Notes: generated by a model from the letters alone, not told the origin. A stretch of DNA of 64,000 nucleotides from Terriglobia bacterium (GCA_963695545.1 OY968796.1:800001-864000), one strand, 5' to 3'. Shown: positions 9,944 to 20,525, counted from the stretch's first letter. Numbers and translations are program-made.

Positions 9944-11302
9944 TTAGAGCCCGGCCAAATCGTCGGGCGCGGCGACTTCAAAACGGGTGTGATTTGCGCG
10001 GAACACGAAATGGATGCGGTCGGTCGGGCCATTGCGTTGTTTGGCGATGATCAGCTCGGTCTTGGCGCGCTCTTCGGGAGCTTCTTCGGATTTGAACGCG
10101 CTGGGGCGGTGGATGAACATCACGACGTCGGCGTCCTGCTCGATGGCGCCGGATTCGCGCAAGTCGGCAAGCTGCGGGCGGCGGTCCTCGCGTTCGGGGG
10201 CCCGCGTCAATTGCGAAAGCACGAGGAAGGGCACTTTGAGTTCCTTCGCCAGCGCCTTCAGGCTGCGCGTGATGCTGGTGACTTCTTCATTGCGATTCGA
10301 GAAGCGGCCGCGCACGGAAATCAATTGCAGGTAATCGACGATCACAAGGTCGAGGCCTTTATCGCGCTTCAATCGCCGCGCCTTCGCGCCGATCTCCATC
10401 ACCGTGGTCCCGCCGGAATCGTCGATCCATAGCGGCGACTGCGAGAGCCGCGCCAGAGCGTCCGTCATCACGCGCCAATCCTCGCGCGAAAGATGCCCGG
10501 TGCGGAATTTGTGCGCGTCCACTCCGCCGAGCGACGAGAGCAAGCGCATCAGCAGCGATTCCTTGGACATTTCCAAGCTGAACACGGCCACGCGCGCCGG
10601 GTCGCTCGAGCGCACCGCGACATTTTCCGCCAGGTTCAACGCCAGCGCGGTTTTCCCCACCGAGGGCCGCGCCGCGAGAATGATCAATTCCGAAGGCTGC
10701 AAACCGGAAGTCAAATTGTCGAGTTCGGGATAGCCCGTCGCAAGGCCGGTGACCTGCCGCCCTTCGGTGATGATCCGCTCCAAGCGGCCCATGTTGCTAT
10801 TGACCACGTCTTTCATGCTGACGAGCCCCTCGCGCACGCGATCTTCAGCGAGTTGGAAAATGGAAGATTCAGCGCGATCGAGAACCGCGTCGGCGTCGTC
10901 TTCGGCTTCAAGCGCCTGCTGCTGGATCGAATGCGTGGTGTGAATCAGGCTGCGCAGGACCGATTTCTCTTTCACGATCCGCACGTAGTGCTCGATGTTG
11001 CTCACCTGCGGTACGCCGTCGATCAGCTGCGCGATGTAGGCGGCGCCGCCAGCGGCTTCGAGTTCGCCCGAGCGATGCAAGCGATCGGTGAGCGTGACAA
11101 GGTCGATCGCGTGCTGCGCCTCGCCCAGCACGATCATTTCCTGAAAGATGCGCCGGTGATTGTCGAGGAAAAAGTCTTCGGGGCGCAGGCGTTCAATCGC
11201 CGCGTCAAGCGCGTGGTTATCAAGCAGGATCGCGCCAAGCACGCTGCGCTCGGCTTCAAGACTCTGCGGCAGTGGTCGTTCGAGAACGGGTCCGGCAGCC
11301 AT
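9944..11302 (-). CDS. dnaB: Replicative DNA helicase
   Basis: PQSLEAERSVLG, AARPSVGKT Walker A, VDYLQL, LRESGAIEQDAD; start at ATG 11302. Confidence 0.97.
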   Translation of the reverse strand: MAAGPVLERPLPQSLEAERSVLGAILLDNHALDAAIERLRPEDFFLDNHRRIFQEMIVLGEAQHAIDLVTLTDRLHRSGELEAAGGAAYIAQLIDGVPQVSNIEHYVRIVKEKSVLRSLIHTTHSIQQQALEAEDDADAVLDRAESSIFQLAEDRVREGLVSMKDVVNSNMGRLERIITEGRQVTGLATGYPELDNLTSGLQPSELIILAARPSVGKTALALNLAENVAVRSSDPARVAVFSLEMSKESLLMRLLSSLGGVDAHKFRTGHLSREDWRVMTDALARLSQSPLWIDDSGGTTVMEIGAKARRLKRDKGLDLVIVDYLQLISVRGRFSNRNEEVTSITRSLKALAKELKVPFLVLSQLTRAPEREDRRPQLADLRESGAIEQDADVVMFIHRPSAFKSEEAPEERAKTELIIAKQRNGPTDRIHFVFRANHTRFEVAAPDDLAGL

Positions 11303-11496
11303 AAGTTTCGCCCTATCTTCGCCTATGTTGCCCGAGGAAGGCCACGCTGGCAAGGCCCCGGCGCGAGTGTCCGCATATCGAGACTACCTGATCGCTAAAA
11401 TCAGCGTCTGTGGAATTTATTTCGAACTGTGGAAGACTCGGGACGTATGAGCGACGCATCGCGGCCCTCTTCGGTTGAGCCGCGGCGATAAACGGT

Positions 11497-11943
11497 TTAG
11501 GCTTCCTTCTGAACGACGACCTTGAACTCAGCCATAACGCCGTGAACCAGCTTGACCGGCACCTGAGATTCGCCGATCACTTTGATCGGCTCGGCGAGTT
11601 GGATCTGGCGCTTATCGATTTCAAACCCCTGCGCCGCAAGCGCCGCCGAAAGATCGGCCGCGGTAACCGAACCAAATAGTTGATCCGTTTCGCCGGCCTT
11701 GCGCGTGAGCGTGACCGTGACGCCGCGCAGCAGCTCGGCTTGTTTTTCGGCGGCGTCCTTTTCCGTCGCCGTGCGCTTCGAGAGCGTGGCGCGAATTTTT
11801 TCCAGGCGCTTCAGGTTCGCGGGCGATGCCTCGAGGCCCAGCTTTTGCGGCAAAAGAAAATTGCGCGCGTAGCCCACAGCGACTTCGACAACTTCCCCGC
11901 GCGTGCCCAGCTTTTCGACATCTTCTTGCAAGATGATCTGCAT
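11497..11943 (-). CDS. rplI: 50S ribosomal protein L9
   Basis: MQIILQEDVEKLG...GYARNFLLP, LFGSVT. Confidence 0.97.
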   Translation of the reverse strand: MQIILQEDVEKLGTRGEVVEVAVGYARNFLLPQKLGLEASPANLKRLEKIRATLSKRTATEKDAAEKQAELLRGVTVTLTRKAGETDQLFGSVTAADLSAALAAQGFEIDKRQIQLAEPIKVIGESQVPVKLVHGVMAEFKVVVQKEA

Positions 11944-11999
11944 CGAAGTTCCACCCCGTAATTTATTCTGCGAATGATTTGCGCGCCGCGCCCCGGCGT

Positions 12000-12539
12000 C
12001 TACAGCTCCGTGGCAAACGGCAGCAAAGCGATGTTGCGCGCTCTCTTGATGGCCTCGCCCAGCCAGCGCTGATGGCGCGAGCAAGTCCCAGTGATGCGCC
12101 GCGGCAAAATCTTGCCGCGCTCCTGCACAAACGGCAGAAGCATTTCGGGCTTCTTATAGTCGATGAAGTCGATGCGTTCGACGCAGAAGCGGCACACCTT
12201 TTTCTTGCGAAAATACTGGCGCTTGCCGCGGCGCGGTCCTCCGCCGCCCGGCCCGCCACCACCGGGACCTCCGCCGCCCGGCCCGCCGCCTTCGCGACGC
12301 GGACCGTGCGAACCGCCGCCACCGGGGCGTCCGCCACCGCCGTGCGAGCCGCCGCCGTGTGAGCCGCCGCCATGCGAACCACCGCCCGACCGGCCAGTGC
12401 TCGGCCCCACGGGACGTTCGGCTGGACGTGACGGCGCGGGCGCATCACCGCTTGGCGCCGAACTTGGCGCCGAACTCGGCGCCGGTCCTGGTCCTGCTCC
12501 TGGTCCCGCTCCCTGCCCTGAAGATGGATCGTCCATCAT
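12000..12539 (-). CDS. rpsR: 30S ribosomal protein S18 with long Gly/Pro/His-rich N-terminal extension
   Basis: KVCRFC...IDYK...[17 protein letters not shown]...[20 protein letters not shown] upstream. Confidence 0.95.
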   Translation of the reverse strand: MMDDPSSGQGAGPGAGPGPAPSSAPSSAPSGDAPAPSRPAERPVGPSTGRSGGGSHGGGSHGGGSHGGGGRPGGGGSHGPRREGGGPGGGGPGGGGPGGGGPRRGKRQYFRKKKVCRFCVERIDFIDYKKPEMLLPFVQERGKILPRRITGTCSRHQRWLGEAIKRARNIALLPFATEL

Positions 12540-12568
12540 TTATATTTCTCCCTTTAGTGAAATCCGAT

Positions 12569-13003
12569 TTAGCTGGCCGCAGCGGCCGGTTGTTCGGCAG
12601 GCGGCGCAGGCGGCGCGGGTGGCGCAGAGGGCGCCGCAGCGGGCTTGCGCGGCCGGCGACTGGCGCGACGTTCGCGGCGCTGCACGAGTTTCTTCTGGCG
12701 CTTCAACTCTTCGTCCAGGCGAATCGTCTGGTATTTGATCACGGCGTCAACAACCTTCAAGCGCCGTTCGAGCTCCTTGACCATCTCGCTGTTGGTCGAG
12801 CGCAGCACCAGATAGACGTAGTAACCTTCGCGGTTCTTCGCGACGCGATAGGCCAGGCGGCGAATGCCCCACTTCTCGACTTTATCGACCGTGCCGCCGC
12901 GCTCGGTCGCGGCATGCTGCAACGTAGCCACGAGCTTGTCGGTTTCCTCTTCCGGCGTCGCTGGTTGCAAGATGAAGATCAAATCATAAAGGCGTTCGTC
13001 CAT
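12569..13003 (-). CDS. rpsF: 30S ribosomal protein S6
   Basis: YDLIFIL...WGIRRLAY...GYYV; position before rpsR. Confidence 0.95.
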   Translation of the reverse strand: MDERLYDLIFILQPATPEEETDKLVATLQHAATERGGTVDKVEKWGIRRLAYRVAKNREGYYVYLVLRSTNSEMVKELERRLKVVDAVIKYQTIRLDEELKRQKKLVQRRERRASRRPRKPAAAPSAPPAPPAPPAEQPAAAAS

Positions 13004-13169
13004 GGTTCCTCGTTTCGGTGTGTAGCTTCGATCTTTGTTGCTTCGCGTTACTCTGCGCGCTTCCCTTGTGTGTCGTTCTTGCGCCGATCCTGTGTCCCCG
13101 CATAGCCGGCCAGTGTCTACTTCCCGCTACGCGTGCCTTCCACTATCGCCTCTGGTTCCCGCTCGCGCC

Positions 13170-13838
13170 CTAGCCCTCGCCCCCGACCTCGCCGCTGTCC
13201 TCGCCCTCGTGATCCTCTTCAGGATCGTGTTCGACGACGTTTTCACCGTCTTCCGTTGGCGAAGCGCGCCGATTGAAACGATTCATGGCCGCCGATACGC
13301 CTTCCGCCAATATCACCTCGACGGCTTCGGCGGCCTGATCGATCATGTCCGCCGCGGATTCCAGAACCGCCTTGCGCATGGGCCGCAGTACGTAGTCCGC
13401 CAAATCCTCGATCGGATGCTCGGGCTGAACCCCGAGCCGCACGCGCGGAAAATCCATGGTGCCCGCCGCGCCGATCACCGACTTCAATCCGTTGTGTCCG
13501 CCGGCCGAGCCCGCTTCCCGAACGCGAATCATTCCCCAGGGCAGCGCCACATCGTCGTACACGATGACGAGCTGGTGCGGATGGCACCCGAATCGCCGCA
13601 GCATCTCGCGCACCGCGAGGCCGCTTTGATTCATCATGGTCTGCGGCTTCGCCAGAACCACTTCGTGTCCCGCGAGCGTGCCGCGTCCCAGGTACGATTT
13701 CGCTTCAGGGCGCTCCACGCGAATGCCTGAAGTTTCCGCCAGGCGATCCACGACGAAAAATCCCAAATTGTGCGGCGTCCAGGCGAATCCCGGGCCCGCA
13801 TTGCCGAGCCCCACGATCAGCCGCATTTCGTTCGGCAT
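13170..13838 (-). CDS. pth: Peptidyl-tRNA hydrolase
   Basis: LIVGLGN, HNLGF, KPQTMMNQSG, GGHNGLKS. Confidence 0.96.
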   Translation of the reverse strand: MPNEMRLIVGLGNAGPGFAWTPHNLGFFVVDRLAETSGIRVERPEAKSYLGRGTLAGHEVVLAKPQTMMNQSGLAVREMLRRFGCHPHQLVIVYDDVALPWGMIRVREAGSAGGHNGLKSVIGAAGTMDFPRVRLGVQPEHPIEDLADYVLRPMRKAVLESAADMIDQAAEAVEVILAEGVSAAMNRFNRRASPTEDGENVVEHDPEEDHEGEDSGEVGGEG

Positions 13839-13916
13839 TTTTTCGCCGCCCTGCCCCGCGACGCAATGTTGCCGCGACGGCTCGGGGCCCGGCCGCGCGC
13901 GGCGCGTGCAACCGCG

Positions 13917-14618
13917 TTACTTCTTTTTCTCCGGCGGGGCAGCTTCGCCTTCGCCCTCTTCGCCTTCTTCGGCTTCCTTCTTGCCCTTCTTGATCACTTC
14001 GGGCTCGGCCGGAGCAGCGGCGACTTCGGCGACGGCGTCTGCCGGCTTTTCTTCTTCGACGCGCAGCGCGACGACGTGCGCGATCACGCGCTCCGGATCG
14101 CTTACGAGTTTCATCTTCGCCGGATCAAGCGGCAAATCCCTCGCGCGCAGATGCTTGCCGATCATCAGCTCGGTGACGTCCACGCGAAATTCGGCGGGGA
14201 TTTCGCCCGGCAAACATTCCACTTCCACTTCGCGCGTGACCATCTCGAAAATTCCGCCCTGCAACTTCACGCCCTGCGGCTCGCCGAACGTGTGCACCGG
14301 CACCTTGACCCTCATGCGCACGTCCATCGCGACGCGCATCAGATCCACATGCAGCAAATGGCCCTTCACCGGATCCACCTGCCAATCGCGGACCATGGCG
14401 GGCTCTTCACCGGAGGCGAGCTTCACTTTAAAAATCGTGTTATGCCCCGAGGCCGAGCGCAAAATCGCCGTCACCTGCTTGGTGTTGAGCGCGAGCGCCT
14501 TTGCTTCGCCTTTGCCGCCATACAGCACGGCGGGAGTTTGTCCGGAGACGCGCGTGCGCCGCGCGGCGTTTTTGCCGCGATCGCTCCGTGAAACCGCTTC
14601 CACAACGATCATTTCCAT
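13917..14618 (-). CDS. rplY: 50S ribosomal protein L25/Ctc
   Basis: GKNAARRTR..G.TPAVLYG, QVDPV..HLLHVD, GVKLQGG. Confidence 0.95.
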   Translation of the reverse strand: MEMIVVEAVSRSDRGKNAARRTRVSGQTPAVLYGGKGEAKALALNTKQVTAILRSASGHNTIFKVKLASGEEPAMVRDWQVDPVKGHLLHVDLMRVAMDVRMRVKVPVHTFGEPQGVKLQGGIFEMVTREVEVECLPGEIPAEFRVDVTELMIGKHLRARDLPLDPAKMKLVSDPERVIAHVVALRVEEEKPADAVAEVAAAPAEPEVIKKGKKEAEEGEEGEGEAAPPEKKK

Positions 14619-14656
14619 AATTGCCTTCCCCCAAATGTCCCGAGGCGCGCTTCGAC

Positions 14657-15631
14657 CTAGATAAAGAGCGCGCTGATCGAACTTTCTTCGTGAATCGAAA
14701 GAATGCCGCGCGCCAGCAATTCAGCCACGCTGAGCACCTTAATTTTGTCGAGCTTCTTCGCTTCTTCGCTGAGCGGCACAGAATCCGTCACCACAACTTC
14801 TTCGATGGCCGAATCGCGAATCCGCTTGACCGCGGGTCCTGAAAGCACCGCGTGCGTGCTCGCCGCGAAAACGCGCGTCGCGCCTTCGGCCAGCAGCGCT
14901 TCGGCGGTTTTCACGAGAGTGCCGGCCGTGTCGATGATGTCGTCCACCACCAGCGTGGTCGTTCCGCGAACGTCGCCGATCAAGTGCATCACTTCGCTTA
15001 CGTCGATATCCACGCGCCGTTTATCCACGATCGCCAGAGGCGCATCGAGACGCTTGGCGAATGCGCGCGCGCGCTCCACGCCGCCGGCGTCCGGCGAAAC
15101 CACGGTGAGCGGCCCGAGTTTCTTCTGCCGGAAATATTCGACCATCACCGGCGCGGCGTACAAATGGTCCACCGGCACATTGAAGTAGCCTTGAATCTGC
15201 GGCGCATGCAGATCGAGTGTCAGCGCGCGATTAGCTCCGGCCGTCTCCAGCAAATCCGCCACAAGCTTCGCGGAGATCGGCACGCGCGGCTTGTCCTTGC
15301 GGTCCTGGCGCGCGTAGCAGTAATACGGTATCACGGCAGTAATGCGCCAGGCCGAGGCGCGCTTGAATGCGTCGATCATCATCAGCAACTGCATCAAGTG
15401 AAAATCGCCGGGATTCGAGCACGGTTGCACCACGAATACATCCGCGCCGCGCACATTCTCGAGAACCTGAAAATAAGTTTCGCCATCGCTGAACTTGCCG
15501 AGCTTAGCCTCGCCCAATTCGACGCCCGCATGCTTGCAGATGTCCTGAGCCAAACGCACGTTGGCGCTGCCGGCGAAAATCTTGAATTTATCGTCGATCA
15601 CAGTTTTGACTTCGGACCTGCTCCACCACAC
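14657..15631 (-). CDS. prs: Ribose-phosphate pyrophosphokinase (start may be GTG 15601)
   Basis: FSDGE, YARQDRK, DLHAPQIQGYF, SPDAGG, VDDIIDTAGT. Confidence 0.97.
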   Translation of the reverse strand: MWWSRSEVKTVIDDKFKIFAGSANVRLAQDICKHAGVELGEAKLGKFSDGETYFQVLENVRGADVFVVQPCSNPGDFHLMQLLMMIDAFKRASAWRITAVIPYYCYARQDRKDKPRVPISAKLVADLLETAGANRALTLDLHAPQIQGYFNVPVDHLYAAPVMVEYFRQKKLGPLTVVSPDAGGVERARAFAKRLDAPLAIVDKRRVDIDVSEVMHLIGDVRGTTTLVVDDIIDTAGTLVKTAEALLAEGATRVFAASTHAVLSGPAVKRIRDSAIEEVVVTDSVPLSEEAKKLDKIKVLSVAELLARGILSIHEESSISALFI

Positions 15632-15638
15632 TTGCCAA

Positions 15639-16559
15639 TCACACGATCACAAGTTCGCCCAAAATTCGGCGAACCTGTTTCCGCGAGACTGTGGAACAGA
15701 CGAAAACCTCTTCGTTCGGAAACCAATGGGCGGTTCGACGCGCCTGCGCTGGGTTTCGGAACAGTCCAAACACCGCCGAACCGCTACCCGCCAGCGCAGC
15801 ATCTTCCGCTCCACGCTGAAGCAATTCCCGCTTGATACGGCCGAGCAGGGGGTGCCGCTTGAACACCGCCCGCTCGAAATCGTTCGAGAGAGCAGCTTCG
15901 CGCGGGCTCCAGCAGAGAGCGCAGAACTTGATAAGTCTAGAGGCCGCGCGAGGGTTTGTCAATCGAACGCGGCCGCGCGCGCCACGCAGCGCCAGCCAGG
16001 AATAGGCATCGCGCGTCGCGACCGCAACCGCGCGCGGAGAAACCACCAGCACTCCGCGCGCCGGCGCATCCGGCAACGGCAGAATCTGTTCGCCGCGGCC
16101 TAAACCCGCCGCGCGCCCACCAAACAAAAAAAACGGCACATCGGAGCCAAGGCGCGACGCGATTTCCATCAGGCGCTCGAGCGGAATCCGGCGTCGCGCG
16201 AGGCGCAGCAGACCGACGAGCCCCGCGGCCGCGTCGCTCGATCCACCGCCGAGGCCTCGCCCCGCTGGGATGCGTTTCTCGAGACGCGCGCGCACGCCGC
16301 GCTTGATCCCCAGTTCGGCACGCATCGCGGCGAGCGCGCGATAAACCAGATTCGAGCGCGGCGATTCCGAAGCCAGCGCTGCATTTCCCGTGATTTCGAG
16401 TTCGATCGCGCTGCCGCGATTCCACTCGAGACGCAGCGTGTCGTGCAGCGAAATTGTTTGGAAAATCGTGCGCAGCTCGTGATAGCCGTCCGCGCGGCGC
16501 CCGACAATATCGAGGCGCAGATTGACCTTGGCAAACGCCGGCAGGGCGACTTCGCGCAT
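15639..16559 (-). CDS. ispE: 4-diphosphocytidyl-2-C-methyl-D-erythritol kinase
   Basis: AKVNLRL...DGYHEL, KRIPAGRGLGGGSSDAA GHMP motif, LGSDVPFF. Confidence 0.96.
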   Translation of the reverse strand: MREVALPAFAKVNLRLDIVGRRADGYHELRTIFQTISLHDTLRLEWNRGSAIELEITGNAALASESPRSNLVYRALAAMRAELGIKRGVRARLEKRIPAGRGLGGGSSDAAAGLVGLLRLARRRIPLERLMEIASRLGSDVPFFLFGGRAAGLGRGEQILPLPDAPARGVLVVSPRAVAVATRDAYSWLALRGARGRVRLTNPRAASRLIKFCALCWSPREAALSNDFERAVFKRHPLLGRIKRELLQRGAEDAALAGSGSAVFGLFRNPAQARRTAHWFPNEEVFVCSTVSRKQVRRILGELVIV

Positions 16560-16570
16560 GGAGGCTTATT

Positions 16571-18757
16571 CTACTGCGGCTTCGCGGTTTCGCCCGGGGC
16601 CTTTTGCTCGGCCACGCGGCGCTTGAGGTTCGAGAGCTTCTGCTCGACCTCGGCGACGCGGTCGGGCTCGACGTCGGCTGGCGGCACGTGGTGCCACTCG
16701 TCGAGCGATTTCTGGTACTCGGCCACCGCCAGATCGGTTTGGCCGCTCTTCGCGTAAACGTCGCCCATGTGCAACAGGATCGTCGGATCGTTGCCATCGA
16801 AGCTCAGCGCTTTGCGCAGCCACTGTTCAGCGTCGGGCAATTTGTTCTGCTTGTAGTACGCCCAGCCCAGGCTGTCGAGATACGCGGGGTTGTTCGGATC
16901 CTCGGCCAGCGCGCGCTGGATCAGCGATGTAGCCTCGTCCAATCGCAAGCCGCGGTCCGCCAGCATGTAGCCGTAATAGTTCAGCACCGAAGCGTCGTGC
17001 GGATCGAGCACGAGCACGGCTTTAAATTGCTCCTCGGCCTGATCGTATTTTTTCTCGCGTTCGAAAATGCCGCCGAGCACAAGCCCGGCCATTTCCTGTT
17101 CGGGCGGTTTGGTTGCCGCGGCGGCAGCGGCGCGCGCGGCCTGTTCGGCTTCCGGATAGCGCTGGCCTTCCTGATAAACTTGCGCGAGGTCGAATTGAAT
17201 TTCCAGATCGTCCTCCGGCTTGCCGTCCAGCAGTTTGCGCAAGGCGCCGGCGGAATCATCGGTCTGGCCGTTTTCGCCCCACAGCATGGCCTGCTCGGTC
17301 AAAACTTCGCGATCGCCGGGATAATGTTCCAGAGCCTTCTTGGCCGTGTCGAGCGCATGGGGCATGTCGTGTTCGGATCGATAGGTGTCGATCAGCAGCA
17401 GTTCAGCGCGATGATCCTCTTCCGGCCCCAATTGCGCCAATTCCTGATAGGTGTTGACGGCCGCGGCATAGTTCTGGTTTTCCCGGTAGAGAGTGCCGAG
17501 CTGTTCGTAAAGTACCGCCAACGTGCGGCGCCGCGACGGCGTGACCTCGGTTTCGGAATCCACGCCGGCGACCGCGTCGGAGAGCGTGCGAATGGCATCG
17601 TCAAATCGAGCTTCGGCCTCATAAATCGCGGACTTCACGTACACGACTTCCAGATTTCCCGGCGCGCGCTTCTCGGCTTCCAGAATGTTCTGCTCGGCTT
17701 TATCCAGTTGATGGAGTTCTTTGTAAATTTCGGCCATGCGCAGGTAATTGTCAGGATCGGAGGAATCCATTTCGGCCAGATGCTGATACTGCTCGAGCGC
17801 CTCCGGATATTTGTTTTCGGAAAGCAGCGCCTGAGCCAATCCGCTTCTGTGGCTCGCGTCGTCGGGATCAATCTCAACCGCGCTGCGATACGCCTGCTCG
17901 GCCTTGGCGGCGTCGCCCTGCTGCGTTTCCGCGTCGCCCAGCAAATCGTAAAGCTGCGGAGAAGGCCCGCGCGCGAGAATGCCTTCGAGCATGGCGACCG
18001 CTTCGGCCCCGCGCTGCTGATCGAGCAGGAGCTGCGTCAACTGCTCGATGGCGCCTTCGTTTTCCGGATCGCGCGCGAGAATGCCGCGCAGCGTGGTTTC
18101 GGCGTCGGCTGGCTTGTCCTCCAGCCGATCAAGGCGCGCGAGCCACAGCGCCGAATCCGTATCCGTGGGATCGAGACGCAGAATCTCCTTGTATTGCTCG
18201 GCGGCGAGTTGCACCGTGTCCTTCTGCCCCGCAGAATCGCTCAGGTCTCCGAGCGTGCGCACATAGATTCGCGCCAGCAGACGCCGCGCGCCCAGATTGT
18301 TGGGGTCGCGTTGGATGATGCTCTGCGCTTCGAGCACCGCGTCGCGAATGCGCTGCGACTGAAAATACATCTCCGCGAGTTGCTCGCCGATCACATCGCT
18401 TGCAGGATCGATCTCGAAGGCCTTTTTGAAGAAATCGATGGCCTGGTCGGCGTCGTCGCTGCTGCTGGTTACTTCATATTCGAGTTGATAGTAATGCCCG
18501 ATCGTAAAGTCGAAATAGGCCGTCGCGCGCGACTCGGCGGTCATCGCATTCGCACTCGACGAAGTTGCCGCACTCGTAGTGCTCGGCGAGCCGGGCGAAG
18601 TCGGAGAGCCCGAAGTCGCCGGCGCGCTTGCCGGAGGAGCCGCCTGAGGCGCCTGCATGGGCACGGGCGCTATCGGCGCTCGTGGCATGTCCTGCGCCGC
18701 CAGCAAAGCCGCCGGAGCGAACAGCAAGATACCGATGATCGATACGCGAATTCTCAT
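16571..18757 (-). CDS. Secreted tetratricopeptide repeat protein
   Basis: Signal peptide from ATG 18757; many TPRs; LNYYGYMLAD and YLDSLGWAYY; usual position upstream of ispE. Confidence 0.9.
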   Translation of the reverse strand: MRIRVSIIGILLFAPAALLAAQDMPRAPIAPVPMQAPQAAPPASAPATSGSPTSPGSPSTTSAATSSSANAMTAESRATAYFDFTIGHYYQLEYEVTSSSDDADQAIDFFKKAFEIDPASDVIGEQLAEMYFQSQRIRDAVLEAQSIIQRDPNNLGARRLLARIYVRTLGDLSDSAGQKDTVQLAAEQYKEILRLDPTDTDSALWLARLDRLEDKPADAETTLRGILARDPENEGAIEQLTQLLLDQQRGAEAVAMLEGILARGPSPQLYDLLGDAETQQGDAAKAEQAYRSAVEIDPDDASHRSGLAQALLSENKYPEALEQYQHLAEMDSSDPDNYLRMAEIYKELHQLDKAEQNILEAEKRAPGNLEVVYVKSAIYEAEARFDDAIRTLSDAVAGVDSETEVTPSRRRTLAVLYEQLGTLYRENQNYAAAVNTYQELAQLGPEEDHRAELLLIDTYRSEHDMPHALDTAKKALEHYPGDREVLTEQAMLWGENGQTDDSAGALRKLLDGKPEDDLEIQFDLAQVYQEGQRYPEAEQAARAAAAAATKPPEQEMAGLVLGGIFEREKKYDQAEEQFKAVLVLDPHDASVLNYYGYMLADRGLRLDEATSLIQRALAEDPNNPAYLDSLGWAYYKQNKLPDAEQWLRKALSFDGNDPTILLHMGDVYAKSGQTDLAVAEYQKSLDEWHHVPPADVEPDRVAEVEQKLSNLKRRVAEQKAPGETAKPQ

Positions 18758-18775
18758 GAGGTCACGGGATCGGAG

Positions 18776-18805
18776 ATTATCCTTTATGTAGCGGATGAGC
18801 GTCAA
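18776..18805 (-). promoter_or_regulatory. Sigma70-type promoter for the TPR-ispE-prs block
   Basis: TTGACG, 18 nt, GATAAT on the minus strand just upstream of ATG 18757. Confidence 0.5.
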
Positions 18806-18941
18806 ACCTTCCCGTCGCGATTTCCACGCCGCCATCAGCCGGGGCCGGAACGACCGACCGCGGTCCACTCAATTATGATGCCCGCCACCATAAACTGGTT
18901 CCCCGCAACCGTCCGACCGCGTGCCTGCGGCGCATATCGCG

Positions 18942-20525
18942 CTAATGTCGAAAGTGCCGCATCCCGGTGAACACCATCGCCAAATCGAGCCGGTCGGCTG
19001 CGGCGATCACGTCCGCATCGCGCACCGACCCGCCCGGCTGAATCACGGCCGTGGCTCCGGCGCGCGCGGCCTCTTCGACGCCGTCGGGAAACGGAAAGAA
19101 AGCGTCGGATGCGACCACGCTGCCCGCCAGCGATGATTGCGCCTTCATGATCGCGAGCTTCACCGAATCCACGCGGCTCATTTGCCCGGCGCCGATGCCG
19201 ATGGTTTGCGTACCGCGCGCGAAAACGATGGCGTTCGATTTCACGTGCTTCGCGATCTTCCATCCGAACTCGAGCGCCGCCAATTCCTCGCGCGTCGGCG
19301 CGCGCTTGGTCACCGTTTTCAATTCGCCCGCGGAGAGCGCTCCGCGATCTGGTTGCTGCGCGAGCACCCCGCCGGAAATCCGCTTCAATTCAAGTTCACC
19401 GGCGTCACCGTCCGCGCGCTGCTCGGCGATTTCGACGAGCCGCAAATTCTTCTTCGCCGCCAAAATTTCGAGCGCTGCGGCGTCGTAGCCCGGAGCGGCC
19501 ACACACTCGACGAATAATTTCGCGACTTCCTCAGCCGTCTCGCGATCGAGAGTCCGATTGAACGCCAGCACGCTGCCGAACGCCGATACCGGATCGCACG
19601 CCAGCGCCATGCGATACGCTTCCGCAAGCGAACCTGCTTGCTCGGCCGCGCCGCAGGGATTGTTGTGCTTCACGATCACGGCCGCCGGTGCGCGAAATTC
19701 CTGCGCCAGCGTCCACGCGGAATCCAGGTCCACCAAATTGTTGTAAGACAATTCCTTTCCCTGAAGTTGCCGCGCCGCCGCAAGCCCGTATGCCGCCTGC
19801 CCCGCCGGAACATAGAGCGCCGCTGCCTGATGAGGATTTTCGCCGTAGCGCATGGCCTGCTTCCGCACGAGCGCCAAATGCAGCCGCTCCGGCAACGCCG
19901 CGACCGCACCAAGCTCGATGCGCCCAGCGGCGGTTGCGGTCAATCGTTCGAGCTCCGTCGCAATTCGCCCGTCGTAGCGCGCCGTTAACGCGAATGCCTT
20001 CCGCGCCAGCTCCAATCGCAACGCGAGGCTCGTCTCGCCGGTCGCCGTGATTTCCGCGGCCACCGCGGCGTAATCGCCCGGATCGGTCACCACCGCGACG
20101 CTTTCAAAATTCTTTGCCGCCGAACGAATCATCGTTGGTCCGCCAATGTCGATGTTCTCGATCAATTCTTCCGGCGCCAGGCCCGCTTTTTTCGCCGTGG
20201 CCTCAAACGGGTAAAGATTCACGACCACCAAATCGATCGCCGCGATCGAGTGCTCGGCCGCTTGCGCCCGATCCGCGGCCTCGCCCCGCCGGAACAATAT
20301 TCCGCCATGCACTTTCGGATGCAGAGTCTTCACGCGTCCGCCAAGCATCTCCGGCCAGCCGGTCAGCTCCGCGACATCGCGCACCGCGACGCCCGCCTCG
20401 CGCAGCGCGCGCGCCGTCCCGCCTGTGGAAACGATCTCGATCCCGCGCGCCGCGATCGCCCGCGCAAATTCCACAAGTCCGGTCTTATCGTAAACGCTGA
20501 CAAGCGCGCGCGAAATCGCCACCAA
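18942..20525 (-). CDS. purH: Bifunctional AICAR transformylase / IMP cyclohydrolase
   Basis: [50 protein letters not shown]. Confidence 0.98.
   Translation of the reverse strand: MVAISRALVSVYDKTGLVEFARAIAARGIEIVSTGGTARALREAGVAVRDVAELTGWPEMLGGRVKTLHPKVHGGILFRRGEAADRAQAAEHSIAAIDLVVVNLYPFEATAKKAGLAPEELIENIDIGGPTMIRSAAKNFESVAVVTDPGDYAAVAAEITATGETSLALRLELARKAFALTARYDGRIATELERLTATAAGRIELGAVAALPERLHLALVRKQAMRYGENPHQAAALYVPAGQAAYGLAAARQLQGKELSYNNLVDLDSAWTLAQEFRAPAAVIVKHNNPCGAAEQAGSLAEAYRMALACDPVSAFGSVLAFNRTLDRETAEEVAKLFVECVAAPGYDAAALEILAAKKNLRLVEIAEQRADGDAGELELKRISGGVLAQQPDRGALSAGELKTVTKRAPTREELAALEFGWKIAKHVKSNAIVFARGTQTIGIGAGQMSRVDSVKLAIMKAQSSLAGSVVASDAFFPFPDGVEEAARAGATAVIQPGGSVRDADVIAAADRLDLAMVFTGMRHFRH

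Noticed and set aside
12238..12390. Tandem 15-nt repeats as a possible CRISPR or VNTR
   Set aside because: In-frame coding repeats of the S18 extension with synonymous variation; no spacers or cas genes
13004..13169. Possible S6:S18 autoregulatory leader upstream of rpsF
   Set aside because: Purine-rich on the coding strand and I could not find the expected stem; cannot support it
15602..15640. tRNA-Gln often found between ispE and prs
   Set aside because: Gap is under 40 bp and has no cloverleaf; I saw no tRNA in the window
16604..18970. 788-aa ORF antisense to the TPR gene, and similar long shadow ORFs (24186-25871, 47942-49180, 61557-62690)
   Set aside because: Expected stop-free antisense frames in high-GC coding DNA; no motifs, and the opposite strand has clear genes
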